From Coriobacteriia bacterium (GTDB lineage Bacteria > Actinomycetota > Coriobacteriia > Anaerosomatales > PALSA-660), in assembly GCA_025361335.1 (NCBI GenBank), contig JANYAK010000037.1, positions 2,320 to 66,319 on the forward strand: a stretch of DNA of 64,000 nucleotides, written 5' to 3'. The translations under genes were made by a program, and so were the position numbers. Under the pieces are notes generated by a model. It had not been told where the DNA came from. It searched no databases and saw only the letters and a list, made by a program, of their open reading frames with translations. This document shows positions 1 through 9,822 of the stretch, piece by piece; the first letter of the stretch is position 1; every line of letters starts with the position of its first letter.

Positions 1-173
1 TCGGAGAAGGTGAGCTTGAACAGCTCGGCTGGGTCGGCGTCGATGCCCGAGAATATCTCGGCGTACATGTCGGCCACGCGCCTCGGCGTGTCCCTCAGGC
101 CCTCCCGGTCGGGATCCTCCCCGACGCCTTCGAGGATGAGGCGTACGCCTTCGGCGATCAGTTCGCGGTCCAT
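1..173 (-). CDS. folE: GTP cyclohydrolase I, N-terminal fragment (gene continues beyond left edge)
   Basis: Not in the ORF track because it sits at the edge. The minus-strand ATG at 173 reads [48 protein letters not shown]..., a FolE-type N-terminus. It lies directly downstream of ftsH, as in many Actinomycetota. Confidence 0.75.
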   Translation of the reverse strand, partial: MDRELIAEGVRLILEGVGEDPDREGLRDTPRRVADMYAEIFSGIDADPAELFKLTFS

Positions 174-246
174 GTCGGCTCCATGGGAACGGCGCGACCG
201 GCGGGAGCCGGCCGGGCGGGACGATGACGAGCAGCGTGCGGTCGGA

Positions 247-2202
247 TCAGACGCCGGCAGTCGGCTCGGGAGCCGCGGGCGCCTCTTCGGCCTTCTTCCG
301 CGTCCTGCGGCGCTTGGGCGCGTCGGGCGCGACCTCGACGGCCTCGCTCGCCTTCTCCTTCTCCTTCTCCAGATACTCCGCCCATTTGTTGTCCAGGAGG
401 GCGGCCAGCTGATCCTTGTCGACCGTCTCACGCTCGATGAGCACGCTCGCCATCAGGTCGAGCTGCGGCCGCTTCTCGATGAGGATCCGGTTCGCCCGCT
501 CCCAGGCGCCATCGATCAGTCGCCGTATCTCCTTGTCGATCTCGAACGCGATCTCCTGGGAGTAGTCCGGCGTCGCGGCGAAGTCCCGCCCGAGGAAGAC
601 CTCGTGCTGAGCCTCCCCGAGTGTCATCGGTCCCAGCTTGTCCGACATCCCGTAGCGGGTGACCATCTGCTTGGCGATCTTGGTCGCGCGCTCCAGGTCG
701 TTGCTGGCTCCGGTCGTGATATCGCCGGTCGCGAGCTCCTCCGCGACTCGCCCGCCGAGCAGCATGGCGAGCTGGTCGAGCATCTCGCCCTTGCGCACGA
801 GGAACTTGTCCTCGGTGGGCAGAGACTGCGTGTAGCCGAGCGCCTGGCCGCGGGGGATGATCGATATCTTGTGGATCGGATCGGTGTTGGGCAGGACGTG
901 ACCGACCAGTGCGTGGCCCGATTCGTGGTAGGCGATGACGCGCTTCTCGTCGTCGGAGATGAGCTTCGTCTTGCGCTCCGGGCCGGCGATGACCCGGTCG
1001 ATAGCCTCCTCCAGCTCGACCATGTCGATGTCTATACGGCCGTGGCGCGCCGAGAGCAGGGCCGCCTCGTTGACCAGGTTGGCCAGATCGGCGCCGGTGA
1101 AGCCCGGCGTCCGGCGCGCCAGCACCTCGAGCTCCACGTCCGGAGCGAAAGGCTTGCCCTTCGAATGCACCTTGAGGATGCCCAGCCGCCCTTTCAAGTC
1201 CGGACGGTCGACGATGATCTGGCGGTCGAACCGGCCGGGACGCAGCAGCGCCGGGTCGAGGATGTCGGGCCGGTTGGTGGCCGCGATGAGGATGACGTTG
1301 TCCTTGAGCTCGAAACCGTCCATCTCGACGAGCAACTGGTTGAGGGTCTGCTCGCGCTCGTCGTGCCCGCCGCCCAGACCGGCCCCGCGGTGGCGACCCA
1401 CCGCGTCGATCTCGTCCATGAAGATGATGCACGGGCTGGCCGCCTTGGCCTGCTCGAACAGGTCGCGCACGCGCGACGCGCCCACGCCGACGAACATCTC
1501 GACGAAATCAGAGCCCGAGATCGAGAAGAACGGCACTCCCGCCTCGCCGGCGACCGCGCGAGCGAGCAGCGTCTTGCCGGTGCCGGGAGGGCCCACGAGC
1601 AAGACGCCCTTCGGGATCTTGGCGCCGAGCGCTTGGAACTTGCCCGGATTCGCGAGGAACTCCTTGATCTCCTGAAGTTCCTCGACCGCCTCGTCGACGC
1701 CCGCCACGTCCTTGAACGTGATACGGGGGGAGTCGCGGGTCATGCGCTTGGCCTTCGCCTTGCCGAACGACATGACCTTGGAGTTGCCGCCCTGCATCTG
1801 CTGGAGGAAGAAGAACATGACCCCGACGATCAGGAGAACGGGCAGCAGGCTGCCGAGGATGGAGAGCCACGGGTTCGGCTTCTGGGGATCCGGCGTGAAC
1901 TGCACGCGGGGGTACTTGGCCATGAGGGTGGCAAGGCTGTCGGCGCCCACGAATGTGGATGCGAACTGGCTCTTCTTCCCCGCGACCTTGGCCGCGGACG
2001 TCTTGTAGTAGGTGCCCTGGAGCTCCTGGTCCACCGCGAGCGCGGTCACGCTGACGACCCGCCCGTCCTTGAGCGCCCTCTGAAACGAGCTGTACGAGAC
2101 CTGATCGACAGTCGCGGCAGGGGTGGAGAAGGTCGAGAAGAAGTAGGCCAGTCCGGCGAGGATCAGCAGGTACAGGGCGATCGTACGCACGTTCTTGTTC
2201 AA
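247..2202 (-). CDS. ftsH: ATP-dependent zinc metalloprotease FtsH
   Basis: 651 aa. N-terminal TM helices, AAA+ Walker A GPPGTGKT, and zinc motif HESGH ([12 protein letters not shown]). TTG start with GGAAGG upstream. Confidence 0.97.
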   Translation of the reverse strand: MNKNVRTIALYLLILAGLAYFFSTFSTPAATVDQVSYSSFQRALKDGRVVSVTALAVDQELQGTYYKTSAAKVAGKKSQFASTFVGADSLATLMAKYPRVQFTPDPQKPNPWLSILGSLLPVLLIVGVMFFFLQQMQGGNSKVMSFGKAKAKRMTRDSPRITFKDVAGVDEAVEELQEIKEFLANPGKFQALGAKIPKGVLLVGPPGTGKTLLARAVAGEAGVPFFSISGSDFVEMFVGVGASRVRDLFEQAKAASPCIIFMDEIDAVGRHRGAGLGGGHDEREQTLNQLLVEMDGFELKDNVILIAATNRPDILDPALLRPGRFDRQIIVDRPDLKGRLGILKVHSKGKPFAPDVELEVLARRTPGFTGADLANLVNEAALLSARHGRIDIDMVELEEAIDRVIAGPERKTKLISDDEKRVIAYHESGHALVGHVLPNTDPIHKISIIPRGQALGYTQSLPTEDKFLVRKGEMLDQLAMLLGGRVAEELATGDITTGASNDLERATKIAKQMVTRYGMSDKLGPMTLGEAQHEVFLGRDFAATPDYSQEIAFEIDKEIRRLIDGAWERANRILIEKRPQLDLMASVLIERETVDKDQLAALLDNKWAEYLEKEKEKASEAVEVAPDAPKRRRTRKKAEEAPAAPEPTAGV

Positions 2203-2252
2203 GACTCACACGACCTTCCGTACGGGCGGTCCGTCTGACGGCGCCCGGGGGT

Positions 2253-2795
2253 TCAGTCCTGGTATGCCGAGGGCTTCAGGATGCCGATGTAGGGCAGGTT
2301 GCGATACCGCTCGGCGAAGTCGAGCCCGTATCCTACGACGAACTCATCGGGAATCGAGAAGCCGGTGTACCTGCAAGAGATAGGTACCCTCTGCTTGCCC
2401 TCCTTGCTCAGGAGCGCCACGATCTCCAGGCTTGCGGGCTTGCGGCTCGCGAGGTTCTTGAGCAGGTACTTGAGAGTGAGGCCGGTGTCCAGGATGTCCT
2501 CGACCACGAGCACATCTCTGCCCTCGATGGTCTCGTCCAGATCCTTCAGTATCCTCACGACGCCGGAGGATTTCGTGGCCGACCCGTACGAGGACACGGC
2601 CATGAAGTCCAGCTCGACCGGCACGGTGATCTCGCGGGCCAGGTCCGCGATGAACAGGGCGGCGCCGCGCAGTACCGCGATGAGGAGGACCGATCGGCCC
2701 TCGTAGTCGCGGCTGATCTCGGCGCCGAGCTCGGCGACGCGCGCACGGACGCGGTCCTCGCTGTAGACGATCTCCTGGATATCGGGGTGGGTCAC
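2253..2795 (-). CDS. hpt: hypoxanthine phosphoribosyltransferase
   Basis: PRTase motif VLVVEDILDTGLT with an Hpt-like N-terminus. I placed the start at GTG 2795, which overlaps the tilS stop as GTGA. The track ORF extends to 2828. Confidence 0.9.
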   Translation of the reverse strand: MTHPDIQEIVYSEDRVRARVAELGAEISRDYEGRSVLLIAVLRGAALFIADLAREITVPVELDFMAVSSYGSATKSSGVVRILKDLDETIEGRDVLVVEDILDTGLTLKYLLKNLASRKPASLEIVALLSKEGKQRVPISCRYTGFSIPDEFVVGYGLDFAERYRNLPYIGILKPSAYQD

Positions 2796-4207
2796 GCCCG
2801 GTCCTCCTGGTCCGCCGGTCCGGTCCAATGCAGCCTCAGCGCCCTCACGGTCCCGGGGCCGACGCGGTAGTCCTCGCTCATGCGCACACCGGCGACCCAG
2901 ACGATCGAGACGCCGTCCCGTATCACGGGAGTGAGATGCCTCACGCGCCTCGGCACCTTCGCGTCCGTGAGAACGTCCTGCAGCTTCCTCGTTCCCCCCA
3001 TGCCGAGAGGCTTCATCCGGTCGCCCGGGAGCACCGAGCCCACGGTCAAGATGCCACGCAGCCGGTCCGCGTCCACCACGGCGGTCATCTCGCCCGCATC
3101 GAGCGGCTCAGTGCCGGCGATCTCGGCCGACACCGTGCCCGCGGGGCCGAGGTCGACCGTGCCTGGGACTTCGAGCAAGGAGGGTGCCATCGGCGCCCGG
3201 CTCGCAGGGTCCCGGGAGATGACAAGTGTACCGTACTCACACAGCGCCCGCAGACCCTCGGGCAGGTCACGCGCGAAGCCATCCTCGGACAGGCCGTCCA
3301 CCAGCGCCTCGATGTGCTCGAACTCGATGCGGGAGGACTCGGGGAACGCTGCTTGGAGAGCCATCCGGACGACGCGGCGCCTCATCGGCCTCGACAGCGT
3401 GACCATCCGGCTGCGATCGAGCCGCACCCCGCCTCCGCGACGCTCCCCGAAGTCGTTCGCGAACGCGCGCGCCATGCTGTCGAGCAGGTCATCCTCGTCG
3501 CCCAGCACGGCCAGCGAGCGCGCCAGGGCGTCGTCGAACCGAGGGTTGATCGCCTCGAACAGGGGCAGCAGCTCGGCCCGCACGCGTGCGCGCAGTCGCG
3601 ACGTGTCGCTGTTGGTGGCGTCCTCCCTCCACCCCTGACCGCGCGTCTCGAGGTACTCCACGACGTCGCTCCGGCGGATGTCGAGGAGCGGGCGCACCAC
3701 CTTGCCCCTCACGTAGGGGATGCCCATGAGCCCGGTGGGCCCCGCACCGGTCGCGAGCCGCATCAGGAACGTCTCCATGCGGTCGTCGAACGTGTGCGCC
3801 ACGGCGATGCGGCCGGATCCCAGCGCGCACCCGGCTGCCTCGACCCGGGCGTCCGATTCCTCCTCGGCGAAGCGATACCGGATCCGTCGTCCGGCATCTT
3901 CAAGGTTGAGGCGTTCGGCCTCGGCGTAGGCGGCGACGTCGTAGCGGACCACGCGGCACGGGACGCCGAGGTCGCCGCACAGCGCCACGACGAACGCCTC
4001 ATCGTCGTCCGAGGCTGCCCCACGCAGGAGATGGTTCACGGTCAGCACACAGAGGCCGGGCCGGATGTCGGGCAGGGAGGCGAGCCACAGCAGAAGGCAG
4101 ACCGAGTCAGCGCCGCCGGAGACCATGGCCAGGACGGGCGAGCCCTCGGCGAACATCCCGTGCGAGTCCGCGGTCGTCCGCGCGATCGATTCGAGCCGGG
4201 TTCCCAT
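2792..4207 (-). CDS. tilS: tRNA(Ile)-lysidine synthetase TilS
   Basis: PP-loop SGGADS near the N-terminus (MGTRLES...VLAMVSGGADSVCLL). ATG verified at 4205-4207. The upstream part of the 773-aa track ORF is Arg-rich noise that overlaps the permease gene. Confidence 0.9.
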   Translation of the reverse strand: MGTRLESIARTTADSHGMFAEGSPVLAMVSGGADSVCLLLWLASLPDIRPGLCVLTVNHLLRGAASDDDEAFVVALCGDLGVPCRVVRYDVAAYAEAERLNLEDAGRRIRYRFAEEESDARVEAAGCALGSGRIAVAHTFDDRMETFLMRLATGAGPTGLMGIPYVRGKVVRPLLDIRRSDVVEYLETRGQGWREDATNSDTSRLRARVRAELLPLFEAINPRFDDALARSLAVLGDEDDLLDSMARAFANDFGERRGGGVRLDRSRMVTLSRPMRRRVVRMALQAAFPESSRIEFEHIEALVDGLSEDGFARDLPEGLRALCEYGTLVISRDPASRAPMAPSLLEVPGTVDLGPAGTVSAEIAGTEPLDAGEMTAVVDADRLRGILTVGSVLPGDRMKPLGMGGTRKLQDVLTDAKVPRRVRHLTPVIRDGVSIVWVAGVRMSEDYRVGPGTVRALRLHWTGPADQEDRA

Positions 4208-4281
4208 GGGCACAGGGTAGCCCGCCGGACGGGGCCGCGCTACCGCCACCGTCCCGGATCGACCCTCGACGGGGTGAGCCG

Positions 4282-5022
4282 TCACGCCCTTGCGGGCGCC
4301 AAGGCTTCCTCGACCTGCGCCAGCACCGCGTCGGCGATCACGGCGAGCAGCGCCGCGGCGACCGCTCCTTCGAGGACGAACGCGCCGTTCTGCAGGTTGA
4401 TACCGGAGAATATCGGCGAGCCGAGGCCCCCCGCTCCCGTGGCCGCCGCCACCGTCGCCGTCCCGATGTTGACGATCACCGACGTGCGCACTCCCCCCAT
4501 CATCACTCTGGAGGCGAGCGGGATCTCGACGGCACGCAGCATCCGCCACCTCCCCATCCCCATGCCCCGCGCCGCGTCGAGCACGGACGCCGGGACCGCG
4601 TCGAGGCCCGCGACCGTGTTGCTGACGACCGGGAAGAGCCCGTACAGGGAGAGCGCGACGATGGCAGGGGCGAACCCGAATCCGAGCAGGGGCATCATCA
4701 GCGCCAACACGGCGATCGGAGGGAACGTCTGCCCGAAGTCGACTCCCGCCGCCACGATCTCGCGGAAATCCTTGCCCGAGGCGCGGGTCACCCAGATCCC
4801 CAGAGGAACGCCGATCGCGATCGTGAGCGCGCTCGAGATCCCGACGACTTCGAGATGCTGGATGACCAGCTCGCCCACCGTCGCGGTGGGAAACACCGTC
4901 TGCGGCAGCGACGGGAACAGGCCGGCCAGCGCCGCCGCCCACCAGTCCTGCCGGGACACGACGTACGCGAACGCTCCCGCGGCCGCGGCGGCGAGCAGGG
5001 GGCCTGTCCACCGACGCTTCAC
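4282..5022 (-). CDS. osmoprotectant (glycine betaine/choline/carnitine-type) ABC transporter permease
   Basis: BPD-transporter permease core (PPIAVLALMMPLLGFGFAPAIVALSLYGLFPVVSNT...). GTG 5022 overlaps the ATPase stop (GTGA). Confidence 0.85.
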   Translation of the reverse strand: MKRRWTGPLLAAAAAGAFAYVVSRQDWWAAALAGLFPSLPQTVFPTATVGELVIQHLEVVGISSALTIAIGVPLGIWVTRASGKDFREIVAAGVDFGQTFPPIAVLALMMPLLGFGFAPAIVALSLYGLFPVVSNTVAGLDAVPASVLDAARGMGMGRWRMLRAVEIPLASRVMMGGVRTSVIVNIGTATVAAATGAGGLGSPIFSGINLQNGAFVLEGAVAAALLAVIADAVLAQVEEALAPARA

Positions 5023-6164
5023 GGCCGCGCCCCCCCTTGCCCATCCGCAGCCGCCACATGCGTGTCGCCCGCACCCAGGGCGGCCTCGATGGTCGGCAGA
5101 GCCACGTCTCCAAGCAGCCGTCCTTCGCCGTCGACGACCGCTATCGACCTGAAACCGAATTCGAGCATGCGAGACAGCGCCTCCTTGAGCGAGGCGTCCG
5201 ACGCAACGGCGGACTCGCGCCAGTCGACCGATGTCATGGCCGACTCCGGTCCGCCGCCGTCGGCCAGGTCCGCGCAGTCGAACCACCCGGCCAGCCGACC
5301 GCTGCCATCGACCAGGTACAGGAACCTCTCCTCGGCGCAGGAGGCGCGGCTCCGCAGGTCCGCCGCACGCGTGGAACTGTCGACGGTCGGCACATCCGTG
5401 CGCATGACATCCGAGACCTTGACGCGACCGAGCCTCTTGAGCGCGCGATCCGCGCCCATGAAGTCATGGACGAACTTGTTGGCCGGGTGGTCGAGGATCT
5501 CTTCGGGCGTCGCATACTGCTGCAGCCGGCCGCCCCTCATCAGCGCGATGCGGTCGGCGAGGCGGATGGCCTCGTCGACATCGTGCGTCACGAAGACGAC
5601 GGTCTTGCGCAGGTCGCGCTGGATCCGCACGAACTCGGCCTGAAGGCGCTGCCGGGTCAGCGGGTCGACCGCGCCGAAGGGTTCGTCCATCAGAAGGACA
5701 GGCGGGTCCGCTGCCAGAGCGCGCGCCACGCCGACCCGCTGCGCCTCTCCGCCAGAGAGCTGCCGAGGGTACTTGCCCTCGTACTCGGACGGGGCGAGCC
5801 CGACGAGTGTGAGCAACTCCTCGACACGGGCCGCCATCCGCTCCTTATCCCACTTCAGGAGCTTCGGCACGGTCACGATGTTCTCCCCCACCGTGAGGTG
5901 CGGGAACAACCCCACCGACTGGATCGCATAGCCGAGGCCTCTGCGCAGCTGCTCGGGACGGAGTGTCTCAACGTCCGCCTCGTCCACGAAGATGTGGCCG
6001 CTGGTGGGTTCGATCAGCCGGTTCATCATCCGCAGAGTGGTGGTCTTGCCGCACCCGGAGGGCCCGATGAGGACGCAGACCTCGCCCGCCGGTATGTCCA
6101 GGGTCAGCGAGTCGACCGCCAGGGTCTCGCCGTACCGCTTGGTCACGTTCTCGAGCCTGATCAC
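5019..6164 (-). CDS. osmoprotectant ABC transporter ATP-binding protein with C-terminal CBS pair
   Basis: Walker A GPSGCGKTT, signature LSGGEAQRV, Walker B LLMDEP. The C-terminal ~120 aa is CBS-like, as in OpuCA/OpuBA/ProV. Confidence 0.92.
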   Translation of the reverse strand: MIRLENVTKRYGETLAVDSLTLDIPAGEVCVLIGPSGCGKTTTLRMMNRLIEPTSGHIFVDEADVETLRPEQLRRGLGYAIQSVGLFPHLTVGENIVTVPKLLKWDKERMAARVEELLTLVGLAPSEYEGKYPRQLSGGEAQRVGVARALAADPPVLLMDEPFGAVDPLTRQRLQAEFVRIQRDLRKTVVFVTHDVDEAIRLADRIALMRGGRLQQYATPEEILDHPANKFVHDFMGADRALKRLGRVKVSDVMRTDVPTVDSSTRAADLRSRASCAEERFLYLVDGSGRLAGWFDCADLADGGGPESAMTSVDWRESAVASDASLKEALSRMLEFGFRSIAVVDGEGRLLGDVALPTIEAALGAGDTHVAAADGQGGARP

Positions 6165-7324
6165 CTCAGGTCACCTCTCAAGCCCGGAGAGACCACGGCG
6201 CGCCCGAGCCAGCGCAGCGAGCCATCGGCAACCACCGCCATCACGACCATCGGCAGCGCGCCGAGCAGTATGAGGTCGTCGGCCTGCTGCCCCCATCCCA
6301 GGAAGACCAGTACGCCGAGCGTCCCGACGCCGACGAACGCGACCACTGCCGCTATGCCGATGATGGTGACCGCGGCGGCACGGGTGCCCTCGATCATCAG
6401 AGGCAAAGCCAGCGGGGCCTCGACGCGCAGGAGCAGCTGCAGGCGGCTCATGCCCATACCGCGACCGGCGTCCACGATCGCCGGGTCGACCCCCGCCAGG
6501 CCGATGTAGGTGTCTCGCACGATGGGCAACAGCGAGTACAGGGTGAGCGCGATGACCCCCGGGAGCGGCCCGATCCCCGGCAGGCCCAGCAGGGAGAGCG
6601 GCACGACCAGCAACCCGAGCAGGGCGAGGCTGGGAACCGTCTGGATGACGCCGACGACGCCGAGCACCACGTCGCGCACGAGGCCGACGCGGGAGGCGGC
6701 TACGCCCAGCGGCACTCCTATCAGGAGCGCGATGCCCAGCGAGATGCCGACCAGAGACAGGTGGGTCCCCACGGCGCTCCAGAACAGGTCCCGCTGGACC
6801 GCATACTCCATGACGAGCGAGAGCCGGTCGAGCCCTCCGAACGCGAATGCCAACGCCCACGACGCCGCGACCAGGCCGGCGGCTGCGTAGCCGAGTGTCC
6901 GCCGCGATGCCGCCTGCGATGCCGCGAACCACACCACAGCGGCACCGGCGGCCGTGAGCCACGCGCCGCCACCGACCGACACGCGAGCGAAGGCAGGGGC
7001 GCCGGCCAAGAGCGTGACCGCCGATCGCCCCAAGGCCCATGGCAGGATGGCGGCCAGCGCCGCGGCGCTGGCCAGGGCGAAAGCGGGACGCCGACCGCGA
7101 TCGGGGTAGAGGGCAGCCACAAGCGCGAGGACCGCGAGCAGCGCCAGAGCGTACCCCGGCGCCCCCGCCGAGCCGATCCCCGCCGGGACGCCCGCGACGA
7201 TCCTGTTGGCCCTGGACACCGCGAACGGCAGCCACACGCACCCCGCCAGCGCGATGAGGGCGCCCGCCGCCGCCACGCGATCGATCCGGCGCGACTGCGC
7301 GCTTCCCATGCTTCGCGGCTCCAC
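6161..7324 (-). CDS. osmoprotectant ABC transporter permease with extended N-terminal membrane domain
   Basis: The C-terminal ~210 aa is a typical permease core (TVPSLALLGLLV...ALTLYSLLPIVRDT). The N-terminal ~170 aa is extra hydrophobic sequence. Start uncertain: GTG 7324 or ATG 7309. Confidence 0.8.
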   Translation of the reverse strand: MEPRSMGSAQSRRIDRVAAAGALIALAGCVWLPFAVSRANRIVAGVPAGIGSAGAPGYALALLAVLALVAALYPDRGRRPAFALASAAALAAILPWALGRSAVTLLAGAPAFARVSVGGGAWLTAAGAAVVWFAASQAASRRTLGYAAAGLVAASWALAFAFGGLDRLSLVMEYAVQRDLFWSAVGTHLSLVGISLGIALLIGVPLGVAASRVGLVRDVVLGVVGVIQTVPSLALLGLLVVPLSLLGLPGIGPLPGVIALTLYSLLPIVRDTYIGLAGVDPAIVDAGRGMGMSRLQLLLRVEAPLALPLMIEGTRAAAVTIIGIAAVVAFVGVGTLGVLVFLGWGQQADDLILLGALPMVVMAVVADGSLRWLGRAVVSPGLRGDLR

Positions 7325-7325
7325 G

Positions 7326-8312
7326 CTACTTGATGAAGCCTTCGGACTTCAGCCAGTCCGTCGCGACCGTCTTCGCGCCCTTGCCCTCGACGGCGACCTG
7401 CCCGTTGAGCCTCTGGAGGGTCTCGAGCGTCAGAGCCTGGAACACGGGGTCGAGCCGCGTCGCGATCTCCGGGTACTTGTCCGCGATCGCCTTGCGCACG
7501 GTCGGCGCCGGCTGGTACACCGGCTGTGCGGCCTTGGGGTCCGCGAGGACGACGAGGTCGAGGGCCGAGATGGTGCCGTCGGTACCATAAGCCATGGCGG
7601 CGTTGGCGCCATCGGTGCCCTGCGCGGCCGCCTTCTCGGTCACGGCCGTGTCGCCGGTCGCGAGGGCCACGATCTGGTCCTTCTTGAGGGTGAAGCCGTA
7701 CGCGGCCTCGAACGCCGGCATGGCCACCGCGCTGGTGAAGAACTCCTGAGAGCCGACGATCTTCACCGCTCCGCCTTTGTTGATGTAGGCGGCCCAGTCA
7801 TCCATGGTTCGAATGGAGTTGGCGTCGGAGAACGTGCGCGGAACGGCTACGGCCCACGTGTTGTTGGCCGGAGACGCCGCCAGCCAGACCACACCATTGG
7901 CCCCGTCCAGCCTCTTGGCCGTCTCGTAGGTCAGCTTCGGGTCCTTCAGCACGGCGGGATCGACCGTCTTGTCCTTGTTGAAGACGAGGATGGCGTTGGC
8001 CGTGTACTCGGGGTACACATCGATCTGCCCCGACAGCAATGCCTTGCGCACCACGTCGGTCGCCCCGGTGCGGGTCTTGTCCTCGACCTTGAACCCGTCG
8101 GTCCGCAGCACCGCGATGATCACCTGCCCCAGCACCGAGCCCTCCCCGTCGATCTTGCTGCCGACGACGATCGAGCCCTTGCCGGCTGCCGGCGCGCCGC
8201 CTGTCGCCTTGCCGGACGTGCCGGCGGCAGTGCAGCCCGCGATCGCGAGCACCGCTGTGGTCGCGACCACGACGATCGCGGCCGCGCGCTTCCAGTTCCT
8301 CCTGTTGTGCAT
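7326..8312 (-). CDS. osmoprotectant-binding lipoprotein (OpuBC/OpuCC-type substrate-binding protein)
   Basis: Signal peptide plus lipobox LAIAGC, SBP-like sequence, first gene of the four-gene ABC operon. GGAGGGGA lies upstream of the ATG. Confidence 0.85.
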   Translation of the reverse strand: MHNRRNWKRAAAIVVVATTAVLAIAGCTAAGTSGKATGGAPAAGKGSIVVGSKIDGEGSVLGQVIIAVLRTDGFKVEDKTRTGATDVVRKALLSGQIDVYPEYTANAILVFNKDKTVDPAVLKDPKLTYETAKRLDGANGVVWLAASPANNTWAVAVPRTFSDANSIRTMDDWAAYINKGGAVKIVGSQEFFTSAVAMPAFEAAYGFTLKKDQIVALATGDTAVTEKAAAQGTDGANAAMAYGTDGTISALDLVVLADPKAAQPVYQPAPTVRKAIADKYPEIATRLDPVFQALTLETLQRLNGQVAVEGKGAKTVATDWLKSEGFIK

Positions 8313-8416
8313 GGTCCCCTCCAGCTGTCCGAGCGGCCGTGGGGTGTCCTCGGGGCCGCCAACGTCGTTGATGGGTATGTTCCCGAAAAGGAAAGGCGCC
8401 CGGCCGCCGAAGAGGG

Positions 8417-9763
8417 GTGCTGCACGGCGTGAGAGTGTTCGACGTCATCGTCATCGGAACGGGAGTGTCCGGCCAGACCGCGGCGGGCGAGTTGGCCGCT
8501 GCCGGGAAGCGCGTGGCCGTCATCGACAGGAGGCCGTTCGGGGGGACGTGCACCCTGCGGGGATGCGAGCCCAAGAAGGTCCTCTACAGTGCCGCCGAGG
8601 TGGCCGAACGGGCGCGCGCACACACCGGTTCGGGCATCGAAGGACGCATCACGGTGGACTGGCCGTCCCTGATCGCGTTCAAGCGCACGTTCACCGACCC
8701 GGCGTCCGCAAGGATCGAGGGTGTTCTCACCGCCGCTGGCGCGACAGCGGTTCACGGGGTCGCACGCTTCACGGCGCCCGATGCGGTGGACGTGGACGGT
8801 ACGGCATACGCGGCCGACAACGTGGTGATCGCCACGGGCGCGCTTCCGATCCCCCTTGGGGTACCCGGGACGGAGTTGGTGCTCGACAGCGAGGGATTCA
8901 TGGCCGCCGAGACGCTGGGCGAGCGCATCGTGTTCATCGGCGGCGGCTACATCTCGTTCGAGTTCGCGCACATCGCGGCATCGGCCGGGGCCGAGGTGTC
9001 GATCCTGCACCGGGGCCCGCGGGTCCTGTCGGGATTCGACCCCGATCTGGTCGATATGCTGGTGGAGGGCTACCGGCGTAGGGGGATCGACGTGCGAACC
9101 GACATGCCGGTGGTCGCCGTCCGACGTGCGGGAGGGGCGCTCGAGGTCGTGGCGGCCGACGGCTCGACCGTGGCGTGCGACATGGTCGTCCATGGCGCTG
9201 GCCGGGCGCCGGTCCTCGACGACTTGGGGCTTGCGGCAGCGGAGGTCGCGTACGGTCGCCAAGGCGTCGAGGTCGATCCGCACATGCGCAGCGTGTCGAA
9301 CCCGCGTGTGTACGCGGTGGGCGACTCGGCGGCACTCGGCGCGCCCCTCACACCCGTCGGCATCGCGCACGCTCGCGTCGCCCTGCGCAACATCCTCGAG
9401 CCCGGGTCCGCGGAGTTCGACGGGAGGATCACACCATCGGTCGCGTTCACCGATCCACTGCTCGCGTCGGTGGGCCTGACGGAGTCGGAGGCCGTCGCGC
9501 GCGGACTGGATGTCGCGGTGAGATTCAACGACACCTCGCACTGGGCGTCCTCCCGACGGATAGGCGCCACCGTCTCGGGGGCCAAGGTCGTGGTGGAACG
9601 CGGGACCGATAGGATCCTCGGCGCGCATCTGCTGGGTCGCGGCGCCGGGGAGGTCGTCAACGTGTTCGCCGCGGCGATGCGCGGCGGCCTGACCGCCGGC
9701 GATCTGCGCTCCGCGATCTGGGCGTACCCGACCGCGAGTTCCGACATCGTCTACCTGGTCTAG
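8417..9763 (+). CDS. FAD-dependent pyridine nucleotide-disulfide oxidoreductase (class I, CxxxxC)
   Basis: FAD fold DVIVIGTGVSG, redox-active GGTCTLRGCEPKK, second Rossmann IVFIGGGYISFE, and a C-terminal dimerisation domain. Start uncertain (GTG 8417, 8429 or 8435). Confidence 0.85.
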   Translation: MLHGVRVFDVIVIGTGVSGQTAAGELAAAGKRVAVIDRRPFGGTCTLRGCEPKKVLYSAAEVAERARAHTGSGIEGRITVDWPSLIAFKRTFTDPASARIEGVLTAAGATAVHGVARFTAPDAVDVDGTAYAADNVVIATGALPIPLGVPGTELVLDSEGFMAAETLGERIVFIGGGYISFEFAHIAASAGAEVSILHRGPRVLSGFDPDLVDMLVEGYRRRGIDVRTDMPVVAVRRAGGALEVVAADGSTVACDMVVHGAGRAPVLDDLGLAAAEVAYGRQGVEVDPHMRSVSNPRVYAVGDSAALGAPLTPVGIAHARVALRNILEPGSAEFDGRITPSVAFTDPLLASVGLTESEAVARGLDVAVRFNDTSHWASSRRIGATVSGAKVVVERGTDRILGAHLLGRGAGEVVNVFAAAMRGGLTAGDLRSAIWAYPTASSDIVYLV

Positions 9764-9783
9764 ATAGGGGCTGACTCGAGGCA

Positions 9784-9812
9784 CGCGCGCGACTGCGGCC
9801 GAACCGCGCGCG
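9784..9812. terminator. CGCGCGCG/CGCGCGCG hairpin in convergent spacer (oxidoreductase / tkt)
   Basis: An 8-bp all-GC stem (9784-9791 with 9805-9812) and a 13-nt loop. Weak evidence. Confidence 0.3.
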
Positions 9813-9822
9813 CCCGCCCCGC

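Noticed and set aside
10-2238. 742-aa plus-strand ORF spanning the whole ftsH locus
   Set aside because: It is antisense to an unmistakable FtsH gene. The translation is Arg/Gly/Asp-rich with no motifs. It is a stop-poor shadow frame, as expected in high-GC DNA.
2828-5152. 774-aa plus-strand ORF, and the 773-aa minus ORF 2792..5113
   Set aside because: The plus ORF is antisense to tilS and the permease. The minus ORF is real only from ATG 4207 (the TilS PP-loop N-terminus). The upstream 300 aa is Arg-rich noise that overlaps the permease gene in another frame.
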